This document shows, piece after piece, positions 1 through 9,597 of a DNA stretch of 64,000 bases (the first letter of the stretch is position 1; each line of letters opens with the position of its first letter). The position numbers and the translations under genes were made by a program. Below the pieces are notes generated by a model. That model searched no databases. It was not told the DNA's origin and was given only the letters and a program-made list of their open reading frames with translations. The stretch comes from an uncultured Clostridia bacterium (lineage in GTDB: Bacteria > Bacillota > Clostridia > Oscillospirales > Ruminococcaceae): the NCBI GenBank assembly GCA_947363605.1, contig CANAQK010000003.1:1415-65414 (forward strand), in the 5' to 3' direction.

Positions 1-513
1 AAAAATATCGGCATTGTGCAGCAGGACGTTTTCCTCTTTACCGGCTCGATTTGGGAAAATATTGCCTATGGAAACCTGGACGCTTCCAAAGAAGAAGTCA
101 TCCAGGCCGCAAAATTGGCCAATATCCACGATTTCGTCATGACCCTGCCGGAGAAATACGATACCTATATCGGCGAACGAGGCGTTATGCTTTCCGGCGG
201 GCAAAAGCAGCGGATTTCCATTGCGCGGCTTTTCCTCAAAAACCCGCCGATCCTAATCCTGGACGAGGCCACCTCTGCGCTGGACAACACAACCGAGCTG
301 ATGATTCAGGAAGCTCTGAATAAGCTCAGTCAAAACCGCACCACTCTGGTGGTAGCACATCGTCTTTCTACCATCAAAAACGCGGACCAGATCGTGGTGC
401 TGACCGACGAAGGAATCCAGGAAATGGGCTCCCATGAAGAACTGATTGCTCAAAAAGGGCTTTACAGAGAGCTTTATGAATCCCAGTTCCGTCTTACAGT
501 CGGAAGCGTTTAA
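1..513 (+). CDS. ABC transporter ATP-binding domain, C-terminal part (5' end outside window)
   Basis: The frame is open from base 1 ([13 protein letters not shown]). It has the ABC signature [13 protein letters not shown], Walker [13 protein letters not shown] and H-loop VVAHRLST. Confidence 0.9.
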   Translation, partial: KNIGIVQQDVFLFTGSIWENIAYGNLDASKEEVIQAAKLANIHDFVMTLPEKYDTYIGERGVMLSGGQKQRISIARLFLKNPPILILDEATSALDNTTELMIQEALNKLSQNRTTLVVAHRLSTIKNADQIVVLTDEGIQEMGSHEELIAQKGLYRELYESQFRLTVGSV

Positions 514-523
514 TCCCAAGAAT

Positions 524-557
524 AAAAAAAGCCACCTTTTAAAGATGGCTTTTTTTA
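524..557. terminator. Bidirectional intrinsic terminator between convergent genes
   Basis: The hairpin GCCACC/GATGGC is flanked by an A-run and a T-run (aaaaaaaGCCACCttttaaaGATGGCttttttt). Confidence 0.55.
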
Positions 558-603
558 TATTATTTCCATACATCCGGGGAAATGGTTCTAACAAGAAACT
601 GGA

Positions 604-1146
604 TCAATTATAATCCCGGCTGTCTTTTCTGCCCCGTCCGCCGCGGCGGCGTTCCTGCGGCTTCTTCATATCCGAAAATTTTTCATCGCTGGACTTAATA
701 AACTTCGAAAGCATATCTTCAAAGGAATTCTCTTTGGCCGGGCCGGAACGGCTGGACTGAAAAACCGGAGCTCCTCCCCGGTTTGCAGGAGAATATCCCT
801 CCGACCGGTTGCCTCCTGGTTTTGAGGAAGGGCGTCCCCCTCCCCCATTGCCACCCCGGTTCCCGCTATTTGAGGAACGGTTTTCCCGCTTGGGAAACGG
901 GTTTTGCTGCTGTGGCAGGGCTCGTTTAATCGACAGGCTGATCTTGCCGTTATCGCCGATATTCAGAATTTTCACCTTGACCATCTGTTGTTCCTTGAGA
1001 TGTTCCGAAATATCATTGACATACGACTGCGATACTTCAGAGATATGTACCATACCTACGCTTCCGCCCTCAAGCTCGACAAAAGCTCCAAATTTCGTAA
1101 TACCTGTAACCTTACCCTCAACAATAGAACCCACTTCGTGTTGCAT
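604..1146 (-). CDS. yabR: S1 RNA-binding domain protein (YabR-like) with an Arg/Gly/Ser-rich tail
   Basis: The N-terminal S1 fold reads GSIVEGKVTGITKFGAFVELEGGSVGMVHISEV. An AGGAGG RBS lies upstream. It sits after divIC, as in the Bacillus yab cluster. Confidence 0.8.
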   Translation of the reverse strand: MQHEVGSIVEGKVTGITKFGAFVELEGGSVGMVHISEVSQSYVNDISEHLKEQQMVKVKILNIGDNGKISLSIKRALPQQQNPFPKRENRSSNSGNRGGNGGGGRPSSKPGGNRSEGYSPANRGGAPVFQSSRSGPAKENSFEDMLSKFIKSSDEKFSDMKKPQERRRGGRGRKDSRDYN

Positions 1147-1172
1147 AGGAAAAACTGTTCCTCCTGTAATTT

Positions 1173-1463
1173 TTATTTCTTCCGGTTTTGATCAATATAG
1201 ATCCGCTCATCCGGAAAAACGAGTTCCAGCTTTTCCCGGGCAATACGCATGATATATTCCGCGCTTTCTCCCGAATTTAAAATGCTGCGAATCTCTTCAT
1301 TCAGATATTCCTGCTCATCCAGCTGAGCCTGTACTAAAGCCAGATTTTCCTTCCGTTTGGCGATATCAACCTGCATGATCGTAAAAGAAACGACTACATA
1401 GACGAAAAAGGCAGCAAAAGCCAACCGAAAAATTTTACTTCTGTTTGCACTTCTTTTTGCCAA
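1173..1463 (-). CDS. divIC: Septum formation initiator (DivIC/FtsB family)
   Basis: It has a single N-terminal TM helix followed by a coiled coil (LALVQAQLDEQEYLNEEI). Its position after yabQ is conserved. Confidence 0.75.
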   Translation of the reverse strand: MAKRSANRSKIFRLAFAAFFVYVVVSFTIMQVDIAKRKENLALVQAQLDEQEYLNEEIRSILNSGESAEYIMRIAREKLELVFPDERIYIDQNRKK

Positions 1464-1971
1464 ACCTTTCCCTCCTAATTATTTGATTGGTTTTATTATA
1501 CACCAGTTTCAAGCGATATGGCAAGAGCTTTTGCAGATTTACTGCAAGTTTTTTGCAGTAAATCCTCCATTTACGCAGGAAACCCTTCAATTTCTTCCCG
1601 ATCCAACGGCAGAAACGCCAAGCCGGAAAGAGAAGCAGCTTATAGAGCAGACGAAACAGCCCATATACTGCCTTAATAATGCCCTTAGCCGCTTTCATCA
1701 ATACAAAGCTAAGGGTGAAAAAATACAAAACTGCTCCCAACAACTCTCCAAACAGCAGAAACCCCCGCAGAAGCCCACTGTTCTCTGTCATCACAAAAAT
1801 GAAGCTGGCCAAGGTTAAAAAACAGAAATAAAGGACATCCTCCACAAAAACCAATACTTTCCCATGCGGGACGGCTAGGCGAAGGATCCGGAACAAATCA
1901 TAAGCCCCTCCCAATAAAAAGCCCAGCAGACAGGCTTCTAAAAAAATGAGGGTTTGACGGGTCAATTCCAT
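1435..1971 (-). CDS. yabQ: Spore cortex biosynthesis protein YabQ
   Basis: It is a multi-TM protein with the YabQ-like motif GGAYDLFRILR and lies directly downstream of yabP. Confidence 0.75.
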   Translation of the reverse strand: MELTRQTLIFLEACLLGFLLGGAYDLFRILRLAVPHGKVLVFVEDVLYFCFLTLASFIFVMTENSGLLRGFLLFGELLGAVLYFFTLSFVLMKAAKGIIKAVYGLFRLLYKLLLFPAWRFCRWIGKKLKGFLRKWRIYCKKLAVNLQKLLPYRLKLVYNKTNQIIRRERFGKKKCKQK

Positions 1972-1974
1972 CGA

Positions 1975-2292
1975 CTACTTAAACACCTTTGCGAAAAGGC
2001 CGCGGATACTTTTCTTTTCCGGTGCATCGTTATAAAACAGCGCAGCAACGGATTCACCGTCCACGGTCAGTTCCCCGGTTTCCAGGTTCAGCTTGCTGAT
2101 ATGCAGCCCTTCCCCTCGGATGGTCAGCTCCCCCATCTCTGTCAGCAGGGTCACCGTTGTTTCATCGAAATTTCCGACCTCCCGCACACCGGAAAGCGAG
2201 AGGAATTTCCGATCCTCTAAAATCAGGTTATGCGGCTGCTTTGAGGGTCGTTTTTCTTCCAGCATCAACGCCACTCCTTCCATCTTTTGCAT
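1975..2292 (-). CDS. yabP: Sporulation protein YabP
   Basis: The sequence LILEDRKFLSLSGVREVGNFDETTVTLLTEMGELTIRGEGLHISKLNLETGEL is typical of YabP. Confidence 0.85.
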   Translation of the reverse strand: MQKMEGVALMLEEKRPSKQPHNLILEDRKFLSLSGVREVGNFDETTVTLLTEMGELTIRGEGLHISKLNLETGELTVDGESVAALFYNDAPEKKSIRGLFAKVFK

Positions 2293-2466
2293 TACTTCAT
2301 TTTATGGAAAGCAACGGAAAGATATGACGCATTGATAAAAACTTAGAACCTGTATTCACAATCAGAGGATGCCAGATGCCCGAGGGGTTTTTCGGGCAGG
2401 CAATGAACGCAGTCTGTATGAAAAAGCACCGGGCAGATCGTGTTCGATGGTTGTGCATACAGGTTC

Positions 2467-2712
2467 TTATCCCTCTAAAATGATGTATTGGTCGGCGGCA
2501 GTTTCTTTATTGGCATATTCGCTGATACTAACTACCTTTACCTTTAAATTGCGGGCACCCATCCCAATTTCGATGATGTCTCCCACTTTCACCTGATAAG
2601 ACGCCTTCGCCGGGATACCGTTGATGACAATTTTTCCTGCATCACAGGCCTCGTTGGCGATGGTACGGCGCTTAATCAGCCGTGTTATTTTCAGATATTT
2701 ATCCAAGCGCAT
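2467..2712 (-). CDS. yabO: S4-domain RNA-binding protein (YabO/RqcP-like)
   Basis: MRLDKYLKITRLIKRRTIANEACDAGKIVINGIPAKAS is an S4 domain. The synteny with mazG and yabP supports the call. Confidence 0.8.
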   Translation of the reverse strand: MRLDKYLKITRLIKRRTIANEACDAGKIVINGIPAKASYQVKVGDIIEIGMGARNLKVKVVSISEYANKETAADQYIILEG

Positions 2713-2760
2713 AGGGATTCTCCTTTCCTGAGCTGAAGCAAAAACCGATAATACTAGTAT

Positions 2761-2792
2761 AAAAAAGAAATCGCCTTTGAATCAAAGGCGAC
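2761..2792 (-). terminator. Intrinsic terminator downstream of hup
   Basis: On the minus strand, the hairpin TCGCCTTTGAttcAAAGGCGA is followed by TTTCTTTTTT. Confidence 0.6.
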
Positions 2793-2813
2793 TCCCGCGC
2801 TTCAGACGAAGCT

Positions 2814-3086
2814 TCATTTTACATTATCTTTCAAGCCTTTTCCTGCTTTGAAAGTAGGAACCCGTGAAGCAGGGATTTGGATGGTTTCGCCTGTAGCGGG
2901 GTTTTTACCTTCTCTTGCGGCACGCTCCCTCACCTCAAAAGTGCCAAAGCCAACCATCTGCACCTTTCCATCGTTTTTCAAGCCGTCGGTAATCGCTTCA
3001 ATAACAGCATTTAATGCTTTTTCTGCATCTTTTTTAGACAATTCTGTTTTCTCAGCAATAGCTGCAATCAATTCAACTTTTGTCAT
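2814..3086 (-). CDS. hup: DNA-binding protein HU
   Basis: It is a 90-aa HU/IHF-fold protein ([32 protein letters not shown]...[22 protein letters not shown]). Confidence 0.95.
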   Translation of the reverse strand: MTKVELIAAIAEKTELSKKDAEKALNAVIEAITDGLKNDGKVQMVGFGTFEVRERAAREGKNPATGETIQIPASRVPTFKAGKGLKDNVK

Positions 3087-3127
3087 TTTATCTGACCTCC
3101 TGTATTTTATTATATCTTCATGAGGAC

Positions 3128-3946
3128 CTAACCTCTTGAATTCAATTTTTCCGCTGCTTTAGCTGCTTTCCAACAACGGTCCAGCAGTGCTTCATCAGCG
3201 TCCTTCATGGTTTTGCCCTCATCTAAAACCATTTTTTCCACTGCACAAAAGCGGGCAATAAATTTATCGGTGGAACGGGTCAGCAGCTCTTCCGGATCAA
3301 GGTGGTAGTTCCGCGCCAGATTAACTGCCGAAAATAAAACGTCGCCCAGTTCTTCTTCAATCTGTGGCAAATCTCCTTTTCCAATAGCTTCTTCTGCCTC
3401 TTCCACTTCGCTGTGCAGATCCTTCAGCATAGCGGAAACATCCGCATAGCCAAACACTGGATTGGCTTTTTTAGCTCTCCCCTGAACCTTCTCACATCGC
3501 ATCAATGCAGGAAGGGATTGTGCCACTGATGTCAAGGTTTCCCCGGCCGTTGTTTGGCCCTTAGAATTTTCTTTAATAGCCTCCCAATTCGAAAGAACCT
3601 CATCCACACTGTCCGCCTGCACATTGGAGAATACATGAGGATGCCGTGTAATCAATTTTTGGCAAAGCTCATCGACCACATCCTCAAAGCAGAAGCTCCC
3701 GGCTTCCTCTTCCATCTGGGAATGAAACATCACTTGGAGCAGGACATCCCCTAATTCTTCCCGGAGCAAAGCCGTATCCTGCAAATCAATCGCCTCGACA
3801 GCTTCATAGGTTTCCTCAATCAGGTTTTTCCGCATGGAGGCATGAGTCTGTTCCCGATCCCAGGGGCATCCGTTTTCGCTTCGGAGGATCCGCATGATCT
3901 CCCGTAAATCGCTGATTTCATAGTGTTTTTTCAGCTGAAAATCCAT
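3128..3946 (-). CDS. mazG: Nucleoside triphosphate pyrophosphohydrolase MazG
   Basis: It has tandem MazG domains ([27 protein letters not shown] and [15 protein letters not shown]). Confidence 0.9.
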   Translation of the reverse strand: MDFQLKKHYEISDLREIMRILRSENGCPWDREQTHASMRKNLIEETYEAVEAIDLQDTALLREELGDVLLQVMFHSQMEEEAGSFCFEDVVDELCQKLITRHPHVFSNVQADSVDEVLSNWEAIKENSKGQTTAGETLTSVAQSLPALMRCEKVQGRAKKANPVFGYADVSAMLKDLHSEVEEAEEAIGKGDLPQIEEELGDVLFSAVNLARNYHLDPEELLTRSTDKFIARFCAVEKMVLDEGKTMKDADEALLDRCWKAAKAAEKLNSRG

Positions 3947-3987
3947 CCAATCCCTCCTTTTTGATCAAAAGCGTGACAGGAACTATT

Positions 3988-5745
3988 TTACCTTATAATG
4001 TGCAATTTTTCAAGTGTTTTTGCGATTTTATTTCCTTTTGGAAGCATTAAAACATCTTCCCGTGCAATTCCTTTCAGCACAAACAGCACCAACAGATAGC
4101 AAAGCCCTCCGATTCCAATGCTGAGGATCGTAATCAACCTGCTTGGACCTATCGCCTGAAGCAGATTATAGCTCAACAGCGCCATAATCCCGCAGGCCAA
4201 CCCTGCAATAAGCGGTTTAATAAAAATCCCTGTATAATTCAGTGAAACTGTAACGATTTTTCGCAATTTATTGATGCTTAAAAAAGCAATCAGCAGATAA
4301 CAGGCCAGCGTGCTGACTGAGCTTCCCAGAATATTGATGGAGGGAATCCCGATCAACACCACATTTAACACCAACTTGGTCAGCGCCCCGCAAAATAAAT
4401 ATTTCACCGGCAGATCCATCCGGCCGACCCCCTGGATAATCGCATTCATCGGGGTGACCAGCGCCAAAAACAGGGAGGCAACAGCTAAAATAGCCAATAG
4501 GACAGCACCAGACTCAATCCCTTCCTGCTTAGAATACAGCAGCTTTAAAATCGGTTCGGCCATAAAGGCCATCCCCATACTCATCGGTGCAGCAACCAGC
4601 ATGGTTACCCGGATGACCGACTCCACATTCAGCTTGATCCGCGCCCGGTCCCGTTCCGTCCAGGCAGCCGTTACGTTGGGCAGTGCTGATTTCCCAAAGA
4701 TATTAGTAAAGGCTGGGACAAGATTGAACAGTGTTACACAAGAACTGAAGATACCAAACAGGAAATCGCTCATCCCCTCATTTTCTTTCAAAAAAGACCC
4801 ATATAAACTGTTCAGTGTTTCTGGAGATGCGCTGTAGCAATAGTCCAGCCGGTTCTGAATGGTGGTTGAGTCAATCAAAGCGGAAAGCTGGAGCACAACC
4901 GCTCCCAATGTGACTGGCAGAGCTACTTTCAACAGACGGTAAACCAATACTTTGCTTCTTCGGGAAGGCGGGGCATTCCGCAGCATTTCTTTGGTAATGC
5001 TATCCCCTTTCAGTTTATGGCGGAAGTAGATATAGACCAGTCCCACCAGCGTGCTCACACTGACACCCAGCATAGCCCCTGCCGCGCCATAAGGGACGGC
5101 AATCATCTGGGCAGCCTCCAGGGATTCTGCGGCCATACCAAAAACCTTCCCGGTTTCCTGGAACTGCTTTTCCGCAATTTGCATCACAATCAACGCAAAT
5201 CCTAGCCCGGCAACCAGTTTGGCAACGACCTCGACTACCTGCGTTACAGCAGTCGGCGTCATATTGCTCAGACCTTCATAATATCCCCGGTAGGAAGCCA
5301 TCATACAGCAAAAAAAGATCGCAGGTGCCAGCATCACAATGGCCCAGTAAGAATTCGGGCTTTTGATCATCTCCGAAAAGCCTTTGGCAGAAAAAAAGAT
5401 CAACCCAGCTCCTAAAACGCCTAAAATTAAAAACAAAAGTGTTGCCAACCGAAAAATTTTCCGAACATCACGGTATCTTTTTCTCTCCAGATTTTCTGCA
5501 ACCATCCGTGCCACTGCTGCGGAAAGCCCGGTTACAGTCAGCGCATAAATTGTCGTATAGACAGTGTAAGCACGTGTAAAATAACCTAACCCGGTTAAGC
5601 CCAAGATATTCGTCAGCGGAATTTTGAATACAGCCCCAATCAGCTTTACAATGATCATCGAAGCCATTAGCACCGTGGAACCATATACAAAATTCTGTTT
5701 TTTCTGTTTTGTCAAAGCAAACACCCATTCTGCCGAAAGGCGCAT
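3988..5745 (-). CDS. MOP-superfamily polysaccharide/lipid II flippase-like protein (SpoVB/YabM-like)
   Basis: It is a polytopic membrane protein with an N-terminus like KQNFVYGSTVLMASMIIVKLIGAVFKIPL. The start is uncertain, because the ORF is open up to 5814 and no candidate has a strong RBS. Confidence 0.7.
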   Translation of the reverse strand: MRLSAEWVFALTKQKKQNFVYGSTVLMASMIIVKLIGAVFKIPLTNILGLTGLGYFTRAYTVYTTIYALTVTGLSAAVARMVAENLERKRYRDVRKIFRLATLLFLILGVLGAGLIFFSAKGFSEMIKSPNSYWAIVMLAPAIFFCCMMASYRGYYEGLSNMTPTAVTQVVEVVAKLVAGLGFALIVMQIAEKQFQETGKVFGMAAESLEAAQMIAVPYGAAGAMLGVSVSTLVGLVYIYFRHKLKGDSITKEMLRNAPPSRRSKVLVYRLLKVALPVTLGAVVLQLSALIDSTTIQNRLDYCYSASPETLNSLYGSFLKENEGMSDFLFGIFSSCVTLFNLVPAFTNIFGKSALPNVTAAWTERDRARIKLNVESVIRVTMLVAAPMSMGMAFMAEPILKLLYSKQEGIESGAVLLAILAVASLFLALVTPMNAIIQGVGRMDLPVKYLFCGALTKLVLNVVLIGIPSINILGSSVSTLACYLLIAFLSINKLRKIVTVSLNYTGIFIKPLIAGLACGIMALLSYNLLQAIGPSRLITILSIGIGGLCYLLVLFVLKGIAREDVLMLPKGNKIAKTLEKLHIIR

Positions 5746-5874
5746 AATTTTCGTAAAAAAAGGATGTACCAAATTGAAACACATCCATGTTCTATTATAG
5801 TACATCCTTTTCAATTTTATGTGAACGTTCAGTGAATATGGCAGAGGTTTCCTTGAAAAAAGGGGTTTTTCAGC

Positions 5875-6504
5875 TTATCGATGAAGAAGCGGGGAAATAT
5901 GCTTATACAAGACCAAACAGATTAAGGAGGACAGGACGCCCTTCAGCAAATTAAATGGTGCAGTTGCAAAAAGAACAAGAGTTTCCATACTTGTAATCGC
6001 CGGGTTTACGGCTGTTCCCGCTGCAACCAGCGCGTCAATCGGCATCCCATAGGCTACCGAGTAGACTGGAAGAAGCAGATATAGATTTAGCAAACTGCCA
6101 ATTACCGTCATAACCAGAATGCCAACACCCATACCCAGGATCGCCCTCTGAACAGATTTTTTCTGTCGATAGATCCAAGCAGCCGGGAGTACAAACGAAC
6201 AGCCAATAACAAAGTTGGCAAACTCCCCTACCCCCGCTGTAGTAGTACCTTTCAGCAGCAGCTCCAGCAGGACCTTAATCAATTCAATCCAAACTCCTGC
6301 CAACGGGCCGAGGGCAAATGCCCCAATCAAAACAGATACCTCGCTAAGATCAATTTTATAAAATGACGGAGCAAACCATAAAGGAATGTCAAAAAACATC
6401 AAGATGACAGATATTGCACTCAAAATTGAAATTTTAGCCATATATCCTATAGAAAAATGACTGGATTTTCCATGAGAAAGAAAAGCCCTGGATGGTTTTG
6501 TCAT
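5875..6504 (-). CDS. ribU: ECF transporter S component, riboflavin-type (RibU-like)
   Basis: It is a membrane protein preceded by a GGAGG RBS and an ATG at 6504. An FMN riboswitch lies directly upstream. The longer ORF up to 6609 would run through the riboswitch terminator. Confidence 0.75.
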   Translation of the reverse strand: MTKPSRAFLSHGKSSHFSIGYMAKISILSAISVILMFFDIPLWFAPSFYKIDLSEVSVLIGAFALGPLAGVWIELIKVLLELLLKGTTTAGVGEFANFVIGCSFVLPAAWIYRQKKSVQRAILGMGVGILVMTVIGSLLNLYLLLPVYSVAYGMPIDALVAAGTAVNPAITSMETLVLFATAPFNLLKGVLSSLICLVLYKHISPLLHR

Positions 6505-6544
6505 AAAAATACCTCCTGACAAATCCAAAATCTGTTCCCTGTCT

Positions 6545-6740
6545 GAGAGATAAAAGCGCCCACAGGATAATAGAATCCCATGGGCGCTTTTGCATTCAAT
6601 CCAACGCAATTGTTTCTTTCATCCGGACTTTAACCGTCGGTTTTGGAATCACACCAAATCAGCGCTTACGCGCGCATGGACTTACGGGAAAATCCCGATC
6701 ACCACCGGTGGAGAATTTCACTCCGCCCTGAAACAGATTT
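6545..6740 (-). promoter_or_regulatory. FMN riboswitch (RFN element) with terminator expression platform
   Basis: The minus strand reads GTTTCAGGGCGGAGTGAAATTCTCCACCGGTGGTGATCGGG...GATTCCAAAACCGACGGTTAAAGTCCGGATGAAAGAAAC. P1 is GTTTC/GAAAC. The hairpin GCGCCCAtGGG...CCtGTGGGCGC followed by TTTT lies at 6552-6591. Confidence 0.85.
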
Positions 6741-6767
6741 CGGTTTTATTTTGTTTTGTTGATTTGT

Positions 6768-7193
6768 TTATTCGTGGTCGCAGTTACAATTCTCGCCGCA
6801 GCAACAGTCCTCTTCGTTGTACTCGAACTCCAGCTTCTGTCCGCAATTTGGACAGTCCATATCGCCTTCCAGCAACGTATCCTCATCCAAATATACCTGA
6901 TCGCCGCAATTCGGGCAGGTTACCTCATACAGGTCGCCGTCTACGCCGCAGTCTTCGCAGTCACAATCCTCGTCCCCATAAAAATCTTCTTCCAAGCTGC
7001 CCAGGTCTTCATCAATTGTATCCAGAAGTTCGCCATATTCATCGCAAACCTCTTCCACATCATAAATCGCTTCCGACATTTCCTCCAAAACATCCAAAAT
7101 CGCCAGCAGGAGCTTGCCCTCTTTCGTTTCGGCATTGACATCCAAGCCTTCTGCAAGTCCTTTCAAGTATGCGACACTTTCATTCATACTCAT
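6768..7193 (-). CDS. Highly acidic zinc-ribbon protein with a Cys-rich C-terminal tail
   Basis: The likely start is MSMNESVAYLKGL. There are two CPNCG motifs (TCPNCGDQ and DCPNCGQK) and the tail is EEDCCCGENCNCDHE. It lies directly downstream of efp. Confidence 0.6.
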   Translation of the reverse strand: MSMNESVAYLKGLAEGLDVNAETKEGKLLLAILDVLEEMSEAIYDVEEVCDEYGELLDTIDEDLGSLEEDFYGDEDCDCEDCGVDGDLYEVTCPNCGDQVYLDEDTLLEGDMDCPNCGQKLEFEYNEEDCCCGENCNCDHE

Positions 7194-7290
7194 AATTCCC
7201 GTCCTATCTGCCGCTGCCAGAGCGGCCTCAATTTTTCCAAACCCGCAGAAAAAAGCGGGAACCAATGCGATGGCAGAATGCCTTTTTCCT

Positions 7291-7848
7291 TTATGCGCGT
7301 TCCATATACTCGCCAGTCCGGGTATCAATCCGGATTACTGTACCTTCGTCAATAAACAGCGGAACCCGAATTTGGGCACCGGTTTCCAGGGTAGCCGGTT
7401 TGGTCGCATTTGTCGCCGTATCCCCTTTGAAGCCTGGTTCGGTTTCCGTAATCTTGAGTTCCACAAAGGTAGGCGGCTCAACGCCAAATACAACGCCCTT
7501 GTAAGAAAGCACCTTACAGATCATGTTTTCCTTCACAAACTTAAAGTTATCATCCATCTTGTGGGAATCAATCGGTTCCTGCTCATAGGTTTCGTTGTCC
7601 ATAAAGTAATGCAGGTCGCCATCCTGGTACAAGTACTCCATTTCGCGGCGCTCAATAAATGCAGTCGGATACTTATCCGAAGGGTTGAATGTTTTATCGG
7701 TTACAGCGCCCGAAATTACATTGCGGAGCTTGGTACGTACAAACGCAGCGCCCTTGCCTGGCTTTACATGCTGGAACTCGATGATTTGGTATACATCGCC
7801 GTCCATATCGAAAGTCACGCCATTTCTAAAATCGCCTGCTGAAATCAT
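7291..7848 (-). CDS. efp: Elongation factor P
   Basis: [44 protein letters not shown] is canonical EF-P, at 185 aa. Confidence 0.97.
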   Translation of the reverse strand: MISAGDFRNGVTFDMDGDVYQIIEFQHVKPGKGAAFVRTKLRNVISGAVTDKTFNPSDKYPTAFIERREMEYLYQDGDLHYFMDNETYEQEPIDSHKMDDNFKFVKENMICKVLSYKGVVFGVEPPTFVELKITETEPGFKGDTATNATKPATLETGAQIRVPLFIDEGTVIRIDTRTGEYMERA

Positions 7849-7925
7849 AAATTACCTCCATTGTAAATATAAACGTCTTATCTGTTTTTATTCTACCGTA
7901 AACTGGCGTTAATTTCAAGCCCAAT

Positions 7926-8999
7926 TTATAAAGTTATCAATTTCTTTTCGCTTTTGGTCAGGCTTTCCGCGGTTTTCTCTCCAATCAGCACCATATCTTC
8001 AATCCGGACGCCGAATTTCCCGTTGAGATAAATCCCCGGTTCCACCGTGACGATCACATTCGGGGTAATCACTTCTTTGCAGATCTGTGAAAAGCCCGGC
8101 ATTTCATGGATCAACAGGCCCAGCGAATGCCCCAGCGAATGTCCGAAGCAGCCCTCATAACCATTTTTGTAGATGTGATCCCGTGCAACCTGGTCAATTT
8201 CACAGTAGAGCTTGCCGACCTCGATGGCTTCTTTCGCCATCAGATGGGCCTCCAGCACGGTATCATAGACCTTTTTCTGCTCATCCGAAACGGCTCCTAC
8301 AGCGACGGTTCGGGTCATATCGCTGCAATAGCCGTTATAAGACGCCCCAAAGTCCATGGTCACAAAATCCCCGGTTTCTACCTTCTTATCCGACGGAACC
8401 CCATGCGGCAGTGAACTGTTGACCCCCGAAACCGCAATCGTATCAAACGCAATCCCAGTTGCCCCCAGTCTCCGCATGGTATATTCCAGCTCCAGTGCGA
8501 TCTCCTTTTCAGTCACGCCCGGTTTGATGAAACCGAGAATATGATCAAATGCCGCATCTGTAAAGGACTGGGCTTTCTGGATATCCGCAATTTCATCCGC
8601 TGTCTTAGTTGCACGCAGCTTGTTGATCTGCTCACTCAAACGCACATCATTCACCCAGGCCAGCTCTGGAAGCTTTTCAAGATAACGGTTGTATTGGGAG
8701 AGGGTCAGGGTTTCCGCCTCGACCGCAATCGTTTTTGCCCCGCAGGAGGAAAAGAATTCCTGGATCTGCCCATAAAAATCGGTGGATTGAAGCAGCACTT
8801 CGAAATCTGTAATCACACTACGAGCCTTTTCAATATAACGGAAGTCGATGATAAACTGTGCCTTTTCCCGCGTTACCAGCAGTGTGCCTGCGGAAGACTT
8901 CATATTCGTAAAATAGCGGCGGTTTTCATCCGAGGTAATCAGCGCGCCGTCTACTCCTTCCGGCAAACGCTCCATCAGCGTCTTCAAACATTGTTTCAT
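7926..8999 (-). CDS. Xaa-Pro aminopeptidase (M24 family)
   Basis: It has a creatinase-like N-domain plus M24 metal ligands (DFGASYNGYCSDMTRT, HSLGHSLGLLIHE, VEPGIY). The start at 8999 has an AAGGGGA RBS. The aroQ-pepP-efp synteny matches Bacillus yqhS-yqhT-efp. Confidence 0.9.
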   Translation of the reverse strand: MKQCLKTLMERLPEGVDGALITSDENRRYFTNMKSSAGTLLVTREKAQFIIDFRYIEKARSVITDFEVLLQSTDFYGQIQEFFSSCGAKTIAVEAETLTLSQYNRYLEKLPELAWVNDVRLSEQINKLRATKTADEIADIQKAQSFTDAAFDHILGFIKPGVTEKEIALELEYTMRRLGATGIAFDTIAVSGVNSSLPHGVPSDKKVETGDFVTMDFGASYNGYCSDMTRTVAVGAVSDEQKKVYDTVLEAHLMAKEAIEVGKLYCEIDQVARDHIYKNGYEGCFGHSLGHSLGLLIHEMPGFSQICKEVITPNVIVTVEPGIYLNGKFGVRIEDMVLIGEKTAESLTKSEKKLITL

Positions 9000-9067
9000 A
9001 AAAGATGTCCCCTTTTTTGTTTTATCCGGTTTCCGATGAAATGGCGGGTATCGCCTTGGAATCCATT

Positions 9068-9502
9068 CTACATCAAATGCTGAAGCCCGGCAAGAGCCAG
9101 CATATAGCTGTGTTTGCCAAATCCGGAAATACTGCCCGCGCAAACAGGAGCGATCACAGATTTGCTCCGGAATTCCTCCCGGCTGAATACGTTGGAAAAG
9201 TGAACCTCAATACAGGGGATATGCACGGCTGCAATGGCATCCCGGATCGCATAGCTGTAATGGGTATAGGCTCCGGCATTCAGGACAATTCCCTCGAATT
9301 GATGCCGGGCCTCATGGATTTTATTGATCAATTCCCCTTCAATGTTGGACTGGTAGGTTTCACACTGATACCCCAGGCTCGCAGCATATTCCAGGATTTC
9401 CCGGTTGATGCTTTCAAAGCTTTCCTGACCATATACGGAGGCCTCCCGTTCACCGGTCAGATTGATATTCGGGCCATGGATGACAATGACATGTTTTTTC
9501 AT
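9068..9502 (-). CDS. aroQ: Type II 3-dehydroquinate dehydratase
   Basis: MKKHVIVIHGPNINLTGEREASVYG...NAGAYTHYSYAIRDA is typical of AroQ. Confidence 0.93.
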   Translation of the reverse strand: MKKHVIVIHGPNINLTGEREASVYGQESFESINREILEYAASLGYQCETYQSNIEGELINKIHEARHQFEGIVLNAGAYTHYSYAIRDAIAAVHIPCIEVHFSNVFSREEFRSKSVIAPVCAGSISGFGKHSYMLALAGLQHLM

Positions 9503-9597
9503 GGAGCTTCTTTTTCCCCTTCCGTGTTTTTTTAGATTCGTTTTTATCCCACAGAGGATGACGGCTAATGCCGGATCATCGGGCTTTCTTCGAGCGA

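Noticed and set aside
5822-5831. A perfect 10-bp palindrome TGAACGTTCA upstream of the spoVB-like gene, considered as a possible operator.
   Set aside because: A single short palindrome with no second copy or known matching motif could easily occur by chance.
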